DNA of 20,000 bases from an uncultured virus (IMG/VR IMGVR_UViG_3300027749_000050) (Duplodnaviria > Heunggongvirae > Uroviricota > Caudoviricetes). Below, one piece after another: positions 1 through 8,845 of the stretch. The DNA lies in the IMG/VR virus record IMGVR_UViG_3300027749_000050; one strand, given 5' to 3'. Under the pieces are notes generated by a model. It saw nothing but the letters and a program-made list of their open reading frames with translations. It searched no databases and had not been told where the DNA came from. A program made the translations under genes and the position numbers. Each line of letters starts with the position of its first letter. Positions within the stretch are counted from its first letter, which is position 1.

Positions 1-1450
1 ACAATATCTCTATCAACATTTCTAAAACCTTCACCAAATATATCATCACTGTTTACATTTTCTCCTTTTTTAATCTTATCAAGAAGATCGGCTTGAGCTT
101 TATTAAGTTTACCAAGACCAAATAGAGTATAACGTAAACACTTTTCAGTTAGGTACATCTGAGCATCTGCTTTCTCTTTATTCTTCCCTGCAAACTTTCC
201 TTTATATAAAGGATCTTCAAATGTAACTACATGGGATGTTTTATTAGCATGTTCAATACCAAGTTCTTTAGAAGTAATTATAGATTCTATAGAAGCACCA
301 GAACCATTCAAACCTCTATTACGTTTAACTTCATCTATACCTCCATTATTCTTAAATATTTCAGCAGCATCTCCAATAAATAATTGTCTAGCTGATAATG
401 TATTTAAATAATTACTCATCATTATCTGAGCAATATTATATACAGGAGCTTGAGCAAGCATGTTAAGCATTCTGTTTCTATCTATGTCATACTTACCATT
501 TTTCTTAAAACCATAGAATACAGATTCACTAAGAAGATTGTTTACAAGCTTTGTTTTAGTTTCCCCAGCTTCATTGACTTGTGTTATTCTTTTTATTATA
601 TTTTGATTAATAAGACTCTCAACCATTTGATCAAGCTTCCCACCGGGGCCTAACCAATACTTTTCAACTTGCTGTAAAATTTCATTTTTGTATTTACTAA
701 TATCCTCATTGCCTCTAGCAGCATTCATTAACTTTTCAGATAGATCAGAGCCTAACATATTACCCATCTTAATAAACTTAAGACCTCTCTCTTCACCATT
801 GTGATAACCTTCTATAATACCATTAGGAAATCCATTATTCATCTCTTTTTCCACTCTAGTAATTCTATCATACTCACGTATAACTTCAGCCATCAAAGCA
901 TCAGTCATTTCAGAAGTTAATGCAATCTTTTGATTTTTATATTCTACACTTCTTATTACAGGAAGGTTTGCAACATTTCCTGTGTTAGAAGCTTCAAGTA
1001 CACCAAGAAGAACAGAAGATGTCATAAATTCATTAAGTCCTTTACCATCTTCTCTAATTACAACATGCTTCTTATTATTAGTGTATAGATCAAATAAGCT
1101 AACCAAAAACTCTCTATCTGACATTTTACCATAAGTAACACCAGCATTCTGGTTTACATTAAGTTGTTTATTCTCAACAAACTTACCATTATCATTTTCT
1201 GTAAGTGCAGAATCTTTTGCCCCATCTATACTAGCCACTTTAAAATTATCAGCTATGGCTTGAAAGAATGGACTATTAAGAAGGAAGTTTGTACTTAAGA
1301 ACTTATCTTTTTTAAGTTCTTCACGGTACTCTGAGTTCTGTAACTCAGCTCCTCTCACTAAATTAAATGTAGGAAGTTGATGAGAATGTACAAGTTCTCC
1401 ATTAGCATTTTTATAAGAAGTTGTAGATACTTGTTCATCAAATATAGAGT
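1..1450 (-). other. Start of crAss-type RNA polymerase core region (catalytic DxDxD expected beyond the window edge)
   Basis: GDAA..K...D..KR......G block at 374-298 and DAQMYLT...R....GLGK block at 167-109; recalled resemblance to phi14:2 gp66-like polymerases. The catalytic loop was not seen in the segments translated. Confidence 0.7.
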
Positions 1451-4400
1451 TGGCCCCTGCTATTTTAGTAAGACGTCCTATAGCACTATCTACATCATCA
1501 TTTACATCTTTAGCAGTATCTTGTTCAGCATCATCTTCTCCTTCAGCTTCTTCTGGAGTTTCATAGCTGGTGATGTTATTCATTTGTTCATCAGCTGCAG
1601 CTAACTTATCAGGATCTATATTGGTACCAAAAGGATTTTTACCAGATTTAATAATACTAGTTATCTCTCTAGCATCTTCTTCTGTCATTGGTTCAACACC
1701 TTCAAATGCTTTTAAGATTTTATAATCTTCATCACTAACCTTTTCTGCTTTAGATAAGTATGAATACTTTAAAAATAAAGGAGAAAGGTTTATACCCAAC
1801 TCATCTTTCATATCACCTATAATTCTTTCTATTTGAGCTTCTAATTGATCCTCACTATAGTTATTTCCTTTCTTAAGAATTGTAGCTAAGTCTTCTAATG
1901 CCTCAGTTTTACGATTCATAAACTTAGATATGTCTTCTGTTGTTTTAGGAACAATATCATATTCATCCCCAAACTTTCTTAAGAAGGCATTATACCAAAT
2001 ACTAAATTGATTTTTAGCAGCACCCTTACGGTTAGCCTCCATCACCACAACTGTTCCCTTACTAATATCTTTATTAATAAAATAAGAATCTACAGAGAAC
2101 TGACTAAACCCTTTTACCACTGCCTGGAACAGTGTAGCCTGTGCACTGTTTCCAATGTTCACAAAATTATTATTTTCATCATATTGTATATCAACATCAT
2201 CACTAAACTTATTCCAAAACTTTCTAGCTTCTGGATTATGTTTAGCAAATATTTTTAGTCTGTCTAAAGTTTGTTCTTGACTTATAGATCCTGAAACAGC
2301 CTTTAGTATACCGTTATATAGTACATTAGCATTAGCTGCCTCAACCAAAGGTTCACCATTTACAAATTTAGTATTACCAAATTCATCTGTAGCAGTATCA
2401 ACAATAGTTCCTAAGTATTGTCTTAACTCTTTAGATAGAGATCCATATCCACCAATACTATAAGTTTCTTTCCAGTTGTCTGTTGTCACTCTATCTCCAT
2501 ATTCATCCACCTGCTCGTCATAAAAATCAGTGTCTTCTCTTTCTTGATATCCCATTAACTTGGTATGTTCCTTTACAGCTTTTTTAAATTCTTCTACAAG
2601 TTCTGGATTACTAAACAATCTATACTTTTCTTTAATAGAATTCCTAGCTCTGTTAATAGCCACTGCAGATCCATTATACCTATCTTCAAATGTATCAGAT
2701 TCATAATAAGGATTTGATTCTAAATCATATAATTCTGCATAGTCTGCAATTACACTATCCATTACATCTTCATTATGTGTACGTAACCCAGCCTCAGCCA
2801 TACGTCTATGATATATAGCAGCAATAGTAGATGCAAGAATATCTCCTTCTTGTTGACTTAAATATTTAGGAATATTTTCTTCTTCACCATCTTCATTTGT
2901 TATTCTGGTAACTCCAATCTTTATAGATTTTAAAGCAGGTTCTGCTATACCAATATTAACCATTTCAGAAGTAAATCTATTTAAAACAGCACTACTATTT
3001 CTAAAACTTCCTTTCTCAATTTTCATAAACAAATCATCTATAGGAGATTGTTTAAGTCTTTTAAAGAAGTTTAGAATAAAATCAAGTAGTTTACGGAACC
3101 AACTTTTATTTTCTGATGATGTTTTTACTTTAGAATCTTTTTTCCAGTCTTCAAATTTATCAGCAAGATATTCTTCATAAACTCTTTCTTCAAGTTGTTT
3201 ATCAGTTAGTCTTGAATAAAACTCAGGCTTAGATTCATAAAGTTCTTTCTTTAAAGCTTCAATACTCTTTCCAGATTGCTTAAGTTCTTTTTTAGCTTCA
3301 TTTAATAAAACATTAATCTGTTCATCTGTAAGAAGCATACGGAATATAGCATGGAAAGCTTCATGAAATTTAAATGCTCCATTTTTAGTAACTGCAACTC
3401 TACCTTCAAGTCTACCATTAAGCTCATTCATGTGCATATAGAACATACCCACAGTGATACCAGCTTTCTTCATCTCTCTGTTTATATTTCTAAACTCTTC
3501 AGCAGAAATAAATTCAGGTAGATTTTGCTTAAGCCATTTATTAAAATCATTAATATTTGTTATATCATCATTTGATAGTTTCTCAGAAACTTTTAATGCT
3601 GTTCCATTATTTAATTGTGCTATCTGTTGATCTACTTCTTGTATTCTAGGATCATTAGCATATTTATATTTCATTGTGTCTTGACGAGACATTCCTCCCT
3701 TCAAAAGTTCACGTTGAATAGTTTCTATAAGATCATCTCTTTTATTTGATAAATCTAGTAATTGATCTTGAATAGTTTTTTTTCTTATTTGCTCCTTACG
3801 TTGTCTAACTAGCTCAGCCATCTTAGCAACTTCTGCAGGATCCACTTGTATATTACTTGGATCTGGAACAATTATTTCAGGACCTGCTGCTGGAGTTTTA
3901 GGAGCTCCAGGTTGATTAGGATTACCATTTGTATTTATAATTATAGAACTAGATGATGTTTGATTTTTCTTTACAGAAAAGAATATACCAGCATTCTTAG
4001 TAACATTTTTATTAACACCAGATATCATTTGACGATATTCACTAATCTCAGCATCCTCAGATATAGATCTTTTAAAGCTTTTAGCATTTATATCAATACC
4101 AATTTTCTTAGTAGAATTTTTATCATTAGCATCATGATCAGCAATACCTCTATTTATTCTTTCTATAAGATCAGCTGCATCTTTAATATCTAATGGCTTC
4201 TTACCATCTGTAGAAGATTCACTAAGTATAATATCTCTTTTAAGGGGAGACTTATCTCCTTTTCTAAATGTTGCAACTTCCACTCTTATATTACCAGTGG
4301 GTGTCATGGAAAGATTAAATCTCATACCTCTTCTTCCTGCAACAGCAATATATATACTATCATTAATTTCTGCATTTATATCAACAGAAGCATTTGCATC

Positions 4401-7400
4401 TCTTGCTCCAAAGTAAACAGTATTAGTTTTTGGATCTGTTTTTTGTTCTAAGTTGTTTTCTTTTAACTTCTTAGAAACTTCATTCATTTTTTGTACTAAA
4501 GATGTCAATTCATCTTTCTCTATTATAGCACTCTGAAGTGGAATAAACTTAATAGAACCATTAGGCATTTCTACTGCAGCAACATATCTACCAAGATTTC
4601 TAAGTTTATCTTCTCCTCCTTCATATCTAGCAGCATTAATCTTATCTTCTATAGATTTCTTCTTAGCACCAATTACACCAGCACTGGTTTGTATACGAGG
4701 GTCTTCCTCATACATTCCATTACCAAGATATTTAGTTCTACGATCTATAATATATGTTTCTCCTTCTATTGTATTAACATCAGTATCATTTAAACTTATA
4801 ACAGGATCAGCTTGTGTTGTATAATCATATTCTCCTAAAGATGGAGTAAAGTTAAATAGCTTACCTGTTTCTTCTGCTGAAAGAGTTAAACTATCTTCCT
4901 TTCCTAATTGTTTAAGAAGAGCCCTAAAGAATAATTCACTTTGAATATAATTGTCTCGAAACTTCCTAAATTCATCATTTACATCTTTATTTTTAACATT
5001 AAAGATTTCTTCAAATTGTTTTTTACTAATAGCATTTAAACTAGTTCTATTACCCTCATCACTTAAATACGTATATCTATTGTAAGATGTAGCAAACCCT
5101 ATAGTCTCACCATTGTACATGATTTCAATCATGTGAGTCTCAGGATTAAGTTGAATATTTTTATTTTCATTTAGTTGCCCTTCTTGCCATATAGTAGGCT
5201 CACCAACATTTTGGTTCTTAGTTATACGAACAGATATACCAGCTATCAATAAATCCTTTGGAGTATCACTTACTAATTTTTTCAATCTATCTTCAGCAAT
5301 AGTTAAGTCTTCATCAAAAGAATTTTTCTTAGGATATATTCTTACAAGTTCGTTGTTTCTTACAATCCTTATAGCATTAGGATTTTTTGGTGTGCTTGCT
5401 GGTTGAAATTCAGATTCTAATCTAAGATCATCCAGTTTAGTTATTGTTTTTGAGCTTATTGTTCCAGATAAAGGTTGTATTACAATAGAAGGTATACCTT
5501 TAATTTTTTTAGGTTCACGTTTTGTAAGTACTTTAAACTTATTTCCGTTTTTATCTACTAGTATAGCACCATACATAATAGTTTTACCATCAAAAGTATA
5601 TTCTTTAAGATCTCCAGAATATGCTTCTAATAAAGCATCAAAGACTGTTTTAACTTTATCCATTGTTTCATATAATCCCATAGGATCATAATCAGGAAAC
5701 TTCTTTTCATCAAGAGTAGTTTCCATTACAGGATTATTTTTTTTATCTACTATGTAGTAAAAAAAGTTTCCTTCTTTATCTTCAGTTTGAATTAAATAGA
5801 AACCATTCTTAGATTCAATAACAATTTCATCTTTAGGTAACCCATCCGGTCTATCTTTATCTTTAGCTAAAATATCATCTAATTCTTTAGCTTGTTGATT
5901 AGCTTCATCTTCTGTTTTAATTCCTTTAGCTACAATATTTCTTTTAGGACTTATTATGCTATACGTACCATCTTCATCTAACTTAACAATATGAGTTTCT
6001 GATTCTGGATCTTTAGGGTCTTTAGGATCCTTAGGCTTTTTACCATTTAGTTCATCATTTATTTCTTGGATGTGTTCTTCTTTAAACTTCTGGGCAGTGG
6101 CTTCCATAGCATCCATAAGTCTTCTATGAACATTTACAAACTGAATAGGGTTTGCAAGAACATTGTATGCATCTATATATTCTTTATGATCTTTATTAAG
6201 ATCCATATAATCTAAGATGGTTTCATACATATCTTGAACATCATCTGTCTTAACAACTGTATCAATTTTAGATTCTGCATTTTTAGAATTTATATAATTC
6301 TCAAAAGCTTTTCTAGCCTTTGCAGATTTACGTTTGTTTCCACGAGTCATATTATTTAACTCTGCAGAATGTAATACCCAATCCTCTAAAGATTTTAATT
6401 GATTTTTCTTAACCTTTAATAAGTCTCTTGTAGCTTTATCTTTTTGAGTAATTGCTTCAGTGTCAGCAATTTCTTTCTTTAAAAGATCAATTTCCAACTC
6501 AGTGTTTTGCATAACACCAAGAGTTCTAATAGATATGGCAGCAGAAGATCCTATTACAGGAATCTCAGCCATTTTGTTTTGAAGTTTTACACCTCTTATA
6601 GTAGTGTTTCTAGCTTTATAATCATTAGTTGCTAACATTTCAATAGCATCATCTAATGCTCTTTTAGCAAGTTGAGCAGTTTTGTGTTCAGGAGTTCCTT
6701 CTCTATAAAGGTCTAGCATCACTTTATCACCAAATCTACTCTTTAATGTTTTCCATGTTTTATGAAAGTCTACAGTTTCATCAGCAATCTTATTAAAGAA
6801 ATCACCCACTGACTTTATATTGTCATTAGTTTGTTCTAATCCAAAAGCTTCTTTAAATTGTTTTTCATCAAATGATTTTCCATACTCACGAAGTGTATTA
6901 ATTACACTATCAATCATATCTGTTTTAATAGAAGCAGATACCATCTTAGCAAATGCTGATGATTTATTATTTGAAAATACATATTGGTCTGCATTACCAA
7001 TAGCCTCCTGCATATTCTGAGCTGCTTTATTTTGAACCTTTATATTAGCAATATGCTCATTTAAATATCTATTAGGATTTTCATAGAAGGCATTAACTAA
7101 TTTTAATTGAGAAGCTACATCAGCTTTTCTAATTTGTCTTTCTAAAGAACTAGTTCCTCCATATAGTTTAGCTTGTCCTACAGCAAAGTTTATAGGAGAT
7201 ATAAGTCTTCCTGTAACAGCACCCATCAAGAATGTTTTCAATCCTTGCATGTTTGTTTCTTGATCAACAGCTTTACTTAAAGCTTTATCAAATAAGTCTG
7301 ATCCTTTTTTACCATGATATAAATCATAGTAATAATTTTGTAAAGAGTTATTAGATATATCTTGAAATAATTCTTGCAAACCTTCATCAAGCTCCCACTT

Positions 7401-8828
7401 AAACATTCCTTTACCAACAGACTTAGTAACTTCCCAAGCTGCTTTTCTCACCCCAAAATCTTTAGCAATTTCACCAGCAAGTCCTATTGTTCCAAGTCTT
7501 CCTTTTTGATATCCTTTAGTAAATATTTCATCACTAGTTTCAGCCACTCCTTTTTTAACAGCTTTTTTACCACTAACTTCTAATATGTCTTCTGCAAATT
7601 GACCCACTCCTTCACCTAGCACTTTACGACCTGCAGAAAATTTAGAAAATACATTATCAAATTCAAGTCTATTACTAAGCATTAATATGCCGGTGTTTAC
7701 CCAAAAGTTATCATGGGCAGCATCCATTGCATTTTGCTTCATTTTACTTTCAAGAACAGGATCTGGAGCTTCTCCTGTTTTATGCAACTCCTCATCATAC
7801 ATTTTAGTATAAAGATCCCCATATGTACTAGCAGCTTCCATACGAGCCTCTGACATAGCTATATTAGTTTCAGATAAAAATCTTCTAAGACCACCTACAC
7901 CTATAGTTGCTAATTGTAAAGCTCCAGCACCAGCTTTACCATATTTGTCCATTGTATATATAGTATCAGCAAATGGAATTATCTTACGAGCTCCCTGAAT
8001 CATTTTTTCAGCAATAGTTCCTTGTTTCCATACAGAATCTCCAAGTTCTACCATATCTTTCATCACCTCTGCTTTGGTAACTATTTTACCTGCCCATGAT
8101 GCTTCTTTCAATCCAAGTTTAGCAAGAGAAAATTCTGTAGATAATCCCATAGTGAGAAGTTCTTCAGAAAGAAATTGTCCTATTGCACCAACAGCAAAAC
8201 CTGACTGTTGTAACATATCACCAAAGAACTTTCTATTAAATATACCATTCCATCCAGTTTGTTCACTTTCTGGAGTAGAGTAAATAGCATACTTATTCAT
8301 TATATTATCAGTCACCTTACTTTGCTCCATTAACTCTTCAGGAGTACCAAATAATTTACTAGAGTCCCAAGAACTTATAGCATCAGCTATATTTCCCCAA
8401 CTTTTCCATCCATTAATAAAACCATTTCCAGCAATTTTAATCATTCCTGTAAGACCATTTCCCCACACATCTCCCCAAGTTTGACGAGCACCATATTTAT
8501 ATTCATTCTCTTGACCAGCATTAGGATCAAAACCTAATTGACTAAAGTTCTTAGAGCTAGTATATCTATTAGCTTGTGATGCATTATAATCAAAAAAAGT
8601 AGGAGCAGCTTGATAGCTAGCACTTGTTGGCTTCTTTAAAAAGTCATTAAGTCCATTTTCAACAGGATCAAATGCACTGCCAGTAGTTGGTAAATTAACA
8701 CTTTGATTAAAATTAACATTAGGATTAACTATATCTAGTATCCCTAAATCTTGAGGTAATTCTAAATCAGGACTCTTAAGATAATCTCCTTGTAGTTGCT
8801 CAGGTATAATTCCAGAATCAAAAGCCAT
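1..8828 (-). CDS. Giant virion protein, 3'-truncated (>=2942 aa): putative virion-packaged DNA-dependent RNA polymerase fused to a zincin metallopeptidase domain and an ejection-protein-like N-terminal region
   Basis: ATG at 8828-8826, 17 bp after the previous TAA; begins MAFDSGIIPEQLQGDYLKSPDLELPQDLG. No stop in the long segments I translated by hand, and its absence from the ORF track fits a frame that runs off the edge. Motifs: SEARMEAA and DEGLQELFQ (N-terminal), HEAFH...EEYLA (aa ~1822-1889), SYKNANGELVHSHQLPTF, LFIGDAAEIFK...DEVKRNRGLNGSG and ADAQMYLT (aa ~2887-2894), which resemble crAss-like RNAP motifs as I recall them. Confidence 0.88.
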   Translation of the reverse strand, partial: MAFDSGIIPEQLQGDYLKSPDLELPQDLGILDIVNPNVNFNQSVNLPTTGSAFDPVENGLNDFLKKPTSASYQAAPTFFDYNASQANRYTSSKNFSQLGFDPNAGQENEYKYGARQTWGDVWGNGLTGMIKIAGNGFINGWKSWGNIADAISSWDSSKLFGTPEELMEQSKVTDNIMNKYAIYSTPESEQTGWNGIFNRKFFGDMLQQSGFAVGAIGQFLSEELLTMGLSTEFSLAKLGLKEASWAGKIVTKAEVMKDMVELGDSVWKQGTIAEKMIQGARKIIPFADTIYTMDKYGKAGAGALQLATIGVGGLRRFLSETNIAMSEARMEAASTYGDLYTKMYDEELHKTGEAPDPVLESKMKQNAMDAAHDNFWVNTGILMLSNRLEFDNVFSKFSAGRKVLGEGVGQFAEDILEVSGKKAVKKGVAETSDEIFTKGYQKGRLGTIGLAGEIAKDFGVRKAAWEVTKSVGKGMFKWELDEGLQELFQDISNNSLQNYYYDLYHGKKGSDLFDKALSKAVDQETNMQGLKTFLMGAVTGRLISPINFAVGQAKLYGGTSSLERQIRKADVASQLKLVNAFYENPNRYLNEHIANIKVQNKAAQNMQEAIGNADQYVFSNNKSSAFAKMVSASIKTDMIDSVINTLREYGKSFDEKQFKEAFGLEQTNDNIKSVGDFFNKIADETVDFHKTWKTLKSRFGDKVMLDLYREGTPEHKTAQLAKRALDDAIEMLATNDYKARNTTIRGVKLQNKMAEIPVIGSSAAISIRTLGVMQNTELEIDLLKKEIADTEAITQKDKATRDLLKVKKNQLKSLEDWVLHSAELNNMTRGNKRKSAKARKAFENYINSKNAESKIDTVVKTDDVQDMYETILDYMDLNKDHKEYIDAYNVLANPIQFVNVHRRLMDAMEATAQKFKEEHIQEINDELNGKKPKDPKDPKDPESETHIVKLDEDGTYSIISPKRNIVAKGIKTEDEANQQAKELDDILAKDKDRPDGLPKDEIVIESKNGFYLIQTEDKEGNFFYYIVDKKNNPVMETTLDEKKFPDYDPMGLYETMDKVKTVFDALLEAYSGDLKEYTFDGKTIMYGAILVDKNGNKFKVLTKREPKKIKGIPSIVIQPLSGTISSKTITKLDDLRLESEFQPASTPKNPNAIRIVRNNELVRIYPKKNSFDEDLTIAEDRLKKLVSDTPKDLLIAGISVRITKNQNVGEPTIWQEGQLNENKNIQLNPETHMIEIMYNGETIGFATSYNRYTYLSDEGNRTSLNAISKKQFEEIFNVKNKDVNDEFRKFRDNYIQSELFFRALLKQLGKEDSLTLSAEETGKLFNFTPSLGEYDYTTQADPVISLNDTDVNTIEGETYIIDRRTKYLGNGMYEEDPRIQTSAGVIGAKKKSIEDKINAARYEGGEDKLRNLGRYVAAVEMPNGSIKFIPLQSAIIEKDELTSLVQKMNEVSKKLKENNLEQKTDPKTNTVYFGARDANASVDINAEINDSIYIAVAGRRGMRFNLSMTPTGNIRVEVATFRKGDKSPLKRDIILSESSTDGKKPLDIKDAADLIERINRGIADHDANDKNSTKKIGIDINAKSFKRSISEDAEISEYRQMISGVNKNVTKNAGIFFSVKKNQTSSSSIIINTNGNPNQPGAPKTPAAGPEIIVPDPSNIQVDPAEVAKMAELVRQRKEQIRKKTIQDQLLDLSNKRDDLIETIQRELLKGGMSRQDTMKYKYANDPRIQEVDQQIAQLNNGTALKVSEKLSNDDITNINDFNKWLKQNLPEFISAEEFRNINREMKKAGITVGMFYMHMNELNGRLEGRVAVTKNGAFKFHEAFHAIFRMLLTDEQINVLLNEAKKELKQSGKSIEALKKELYESKPEFYSRLTDKQLEERVYEEYLADKFEDWKKDSKVKTSSENKSWFRKLLDFILNFFKRLKQSPIDDLFMKIEKGSFRNSSAVLNRFTSEMVNIGIAEPALKSIKIGVTRITNEDGEEENIPKYLSQQEGDILASTIAAIYHRRMAEAGLRTHNEDVMDSVIADYAELYDLESNPYYESDTFEDRYNGSAVAINRARNSIKEKYRLFSNPELVEEFKKAVKEHTKLMGYQEREDTDFYDEQVDEYGDRVTTDNWKETYSIGGYGSLSKELRQYLGTIVDTATDEFGNTKFVNGEPLVEAANANVLYNGILKAVSGSISQEQTLDRLKIFAKHNPEARKFWNKFSDDVDIQYDENNNFVNIGNSAQATLFQAVVKGFSQFSVDSYFINKDISKGTVVVMEANRKGAAKNQFSIWYNAFLRKFGDEYDIVPKTTEDISKFMNRKTEALEDLATILKKGNNYSEDQLEAQIERIIGDMKDELGINLSPLFLKYSYLSKAEKVSDEDYKILKAFEGVEPMTEEDAREITSIIKSGKNPFGTNIDPDKLAAADEQMNNITSYETPEEAEGEDDAEQDTAKDVNDDVDSAIGRLTKIAGANSIFDEQVSTTSYKNANGELVHSHQLPTFNLVRGAELQNSEYREELKKDKFLSTNFLLNSPFFQAIADNFKVASIDGAKDSALTENDNGKFVENKQLNVNQNAGVTYGKMSDREFLVSLFDLYTNNKKHVVIREDGKGLNEFMTSSVLLGVLEASNTGNVANLPVIRSVEYKNQKIALTSEMTDALMAEVIREYDRITRVEKEMNNGFPNGIIEGYHNGEERGLKFIKMGNMLGSDLSEKLMNAARGNEDISKYKNEILQQVEKYWLGPGGKLDQMVESLINQNIIKRITQVNEAGETKTKLVNNLLSESVFYGFKKNGKYDIDRNRMLNMLAQAPVYNIAQIMMSNYLNTLSARQLFIGDAAEIFKNNGGIDEVKRNRGLNGSGASIESIITSKELGIEHANKTSHVVTFEDPLYKGKFAGKNKEKADAQMYLTEKCLRYTLFGLGKLNKAQADLLDKIKKGENVNSDDIFGEGFRNVDRDI
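3000..3560 (-). other. Zincin-like metallopeptidase domain within the giant protein (approximate bounds)
   Basis: HEAFH (HExxH) at 3365-3351; candidate third ligand in YEEYLADKF (EE at 3176-3171); followed by amphipathic WFRKLLDFILNFF, the pattern seen in zincins of phage polyvalent proteins. Confidence 0.85.
6006..6035 (-). repeat. 9-bp tandem coding repeat (PKD)x3 linker
   Basis: Encodes KKPKDPKDPKDPES between the helical N-terminal region and beta-rich small domains. Confidence 0.8.
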
Positions 8829-8845
8829 AGATAGTAAGTGTATGA

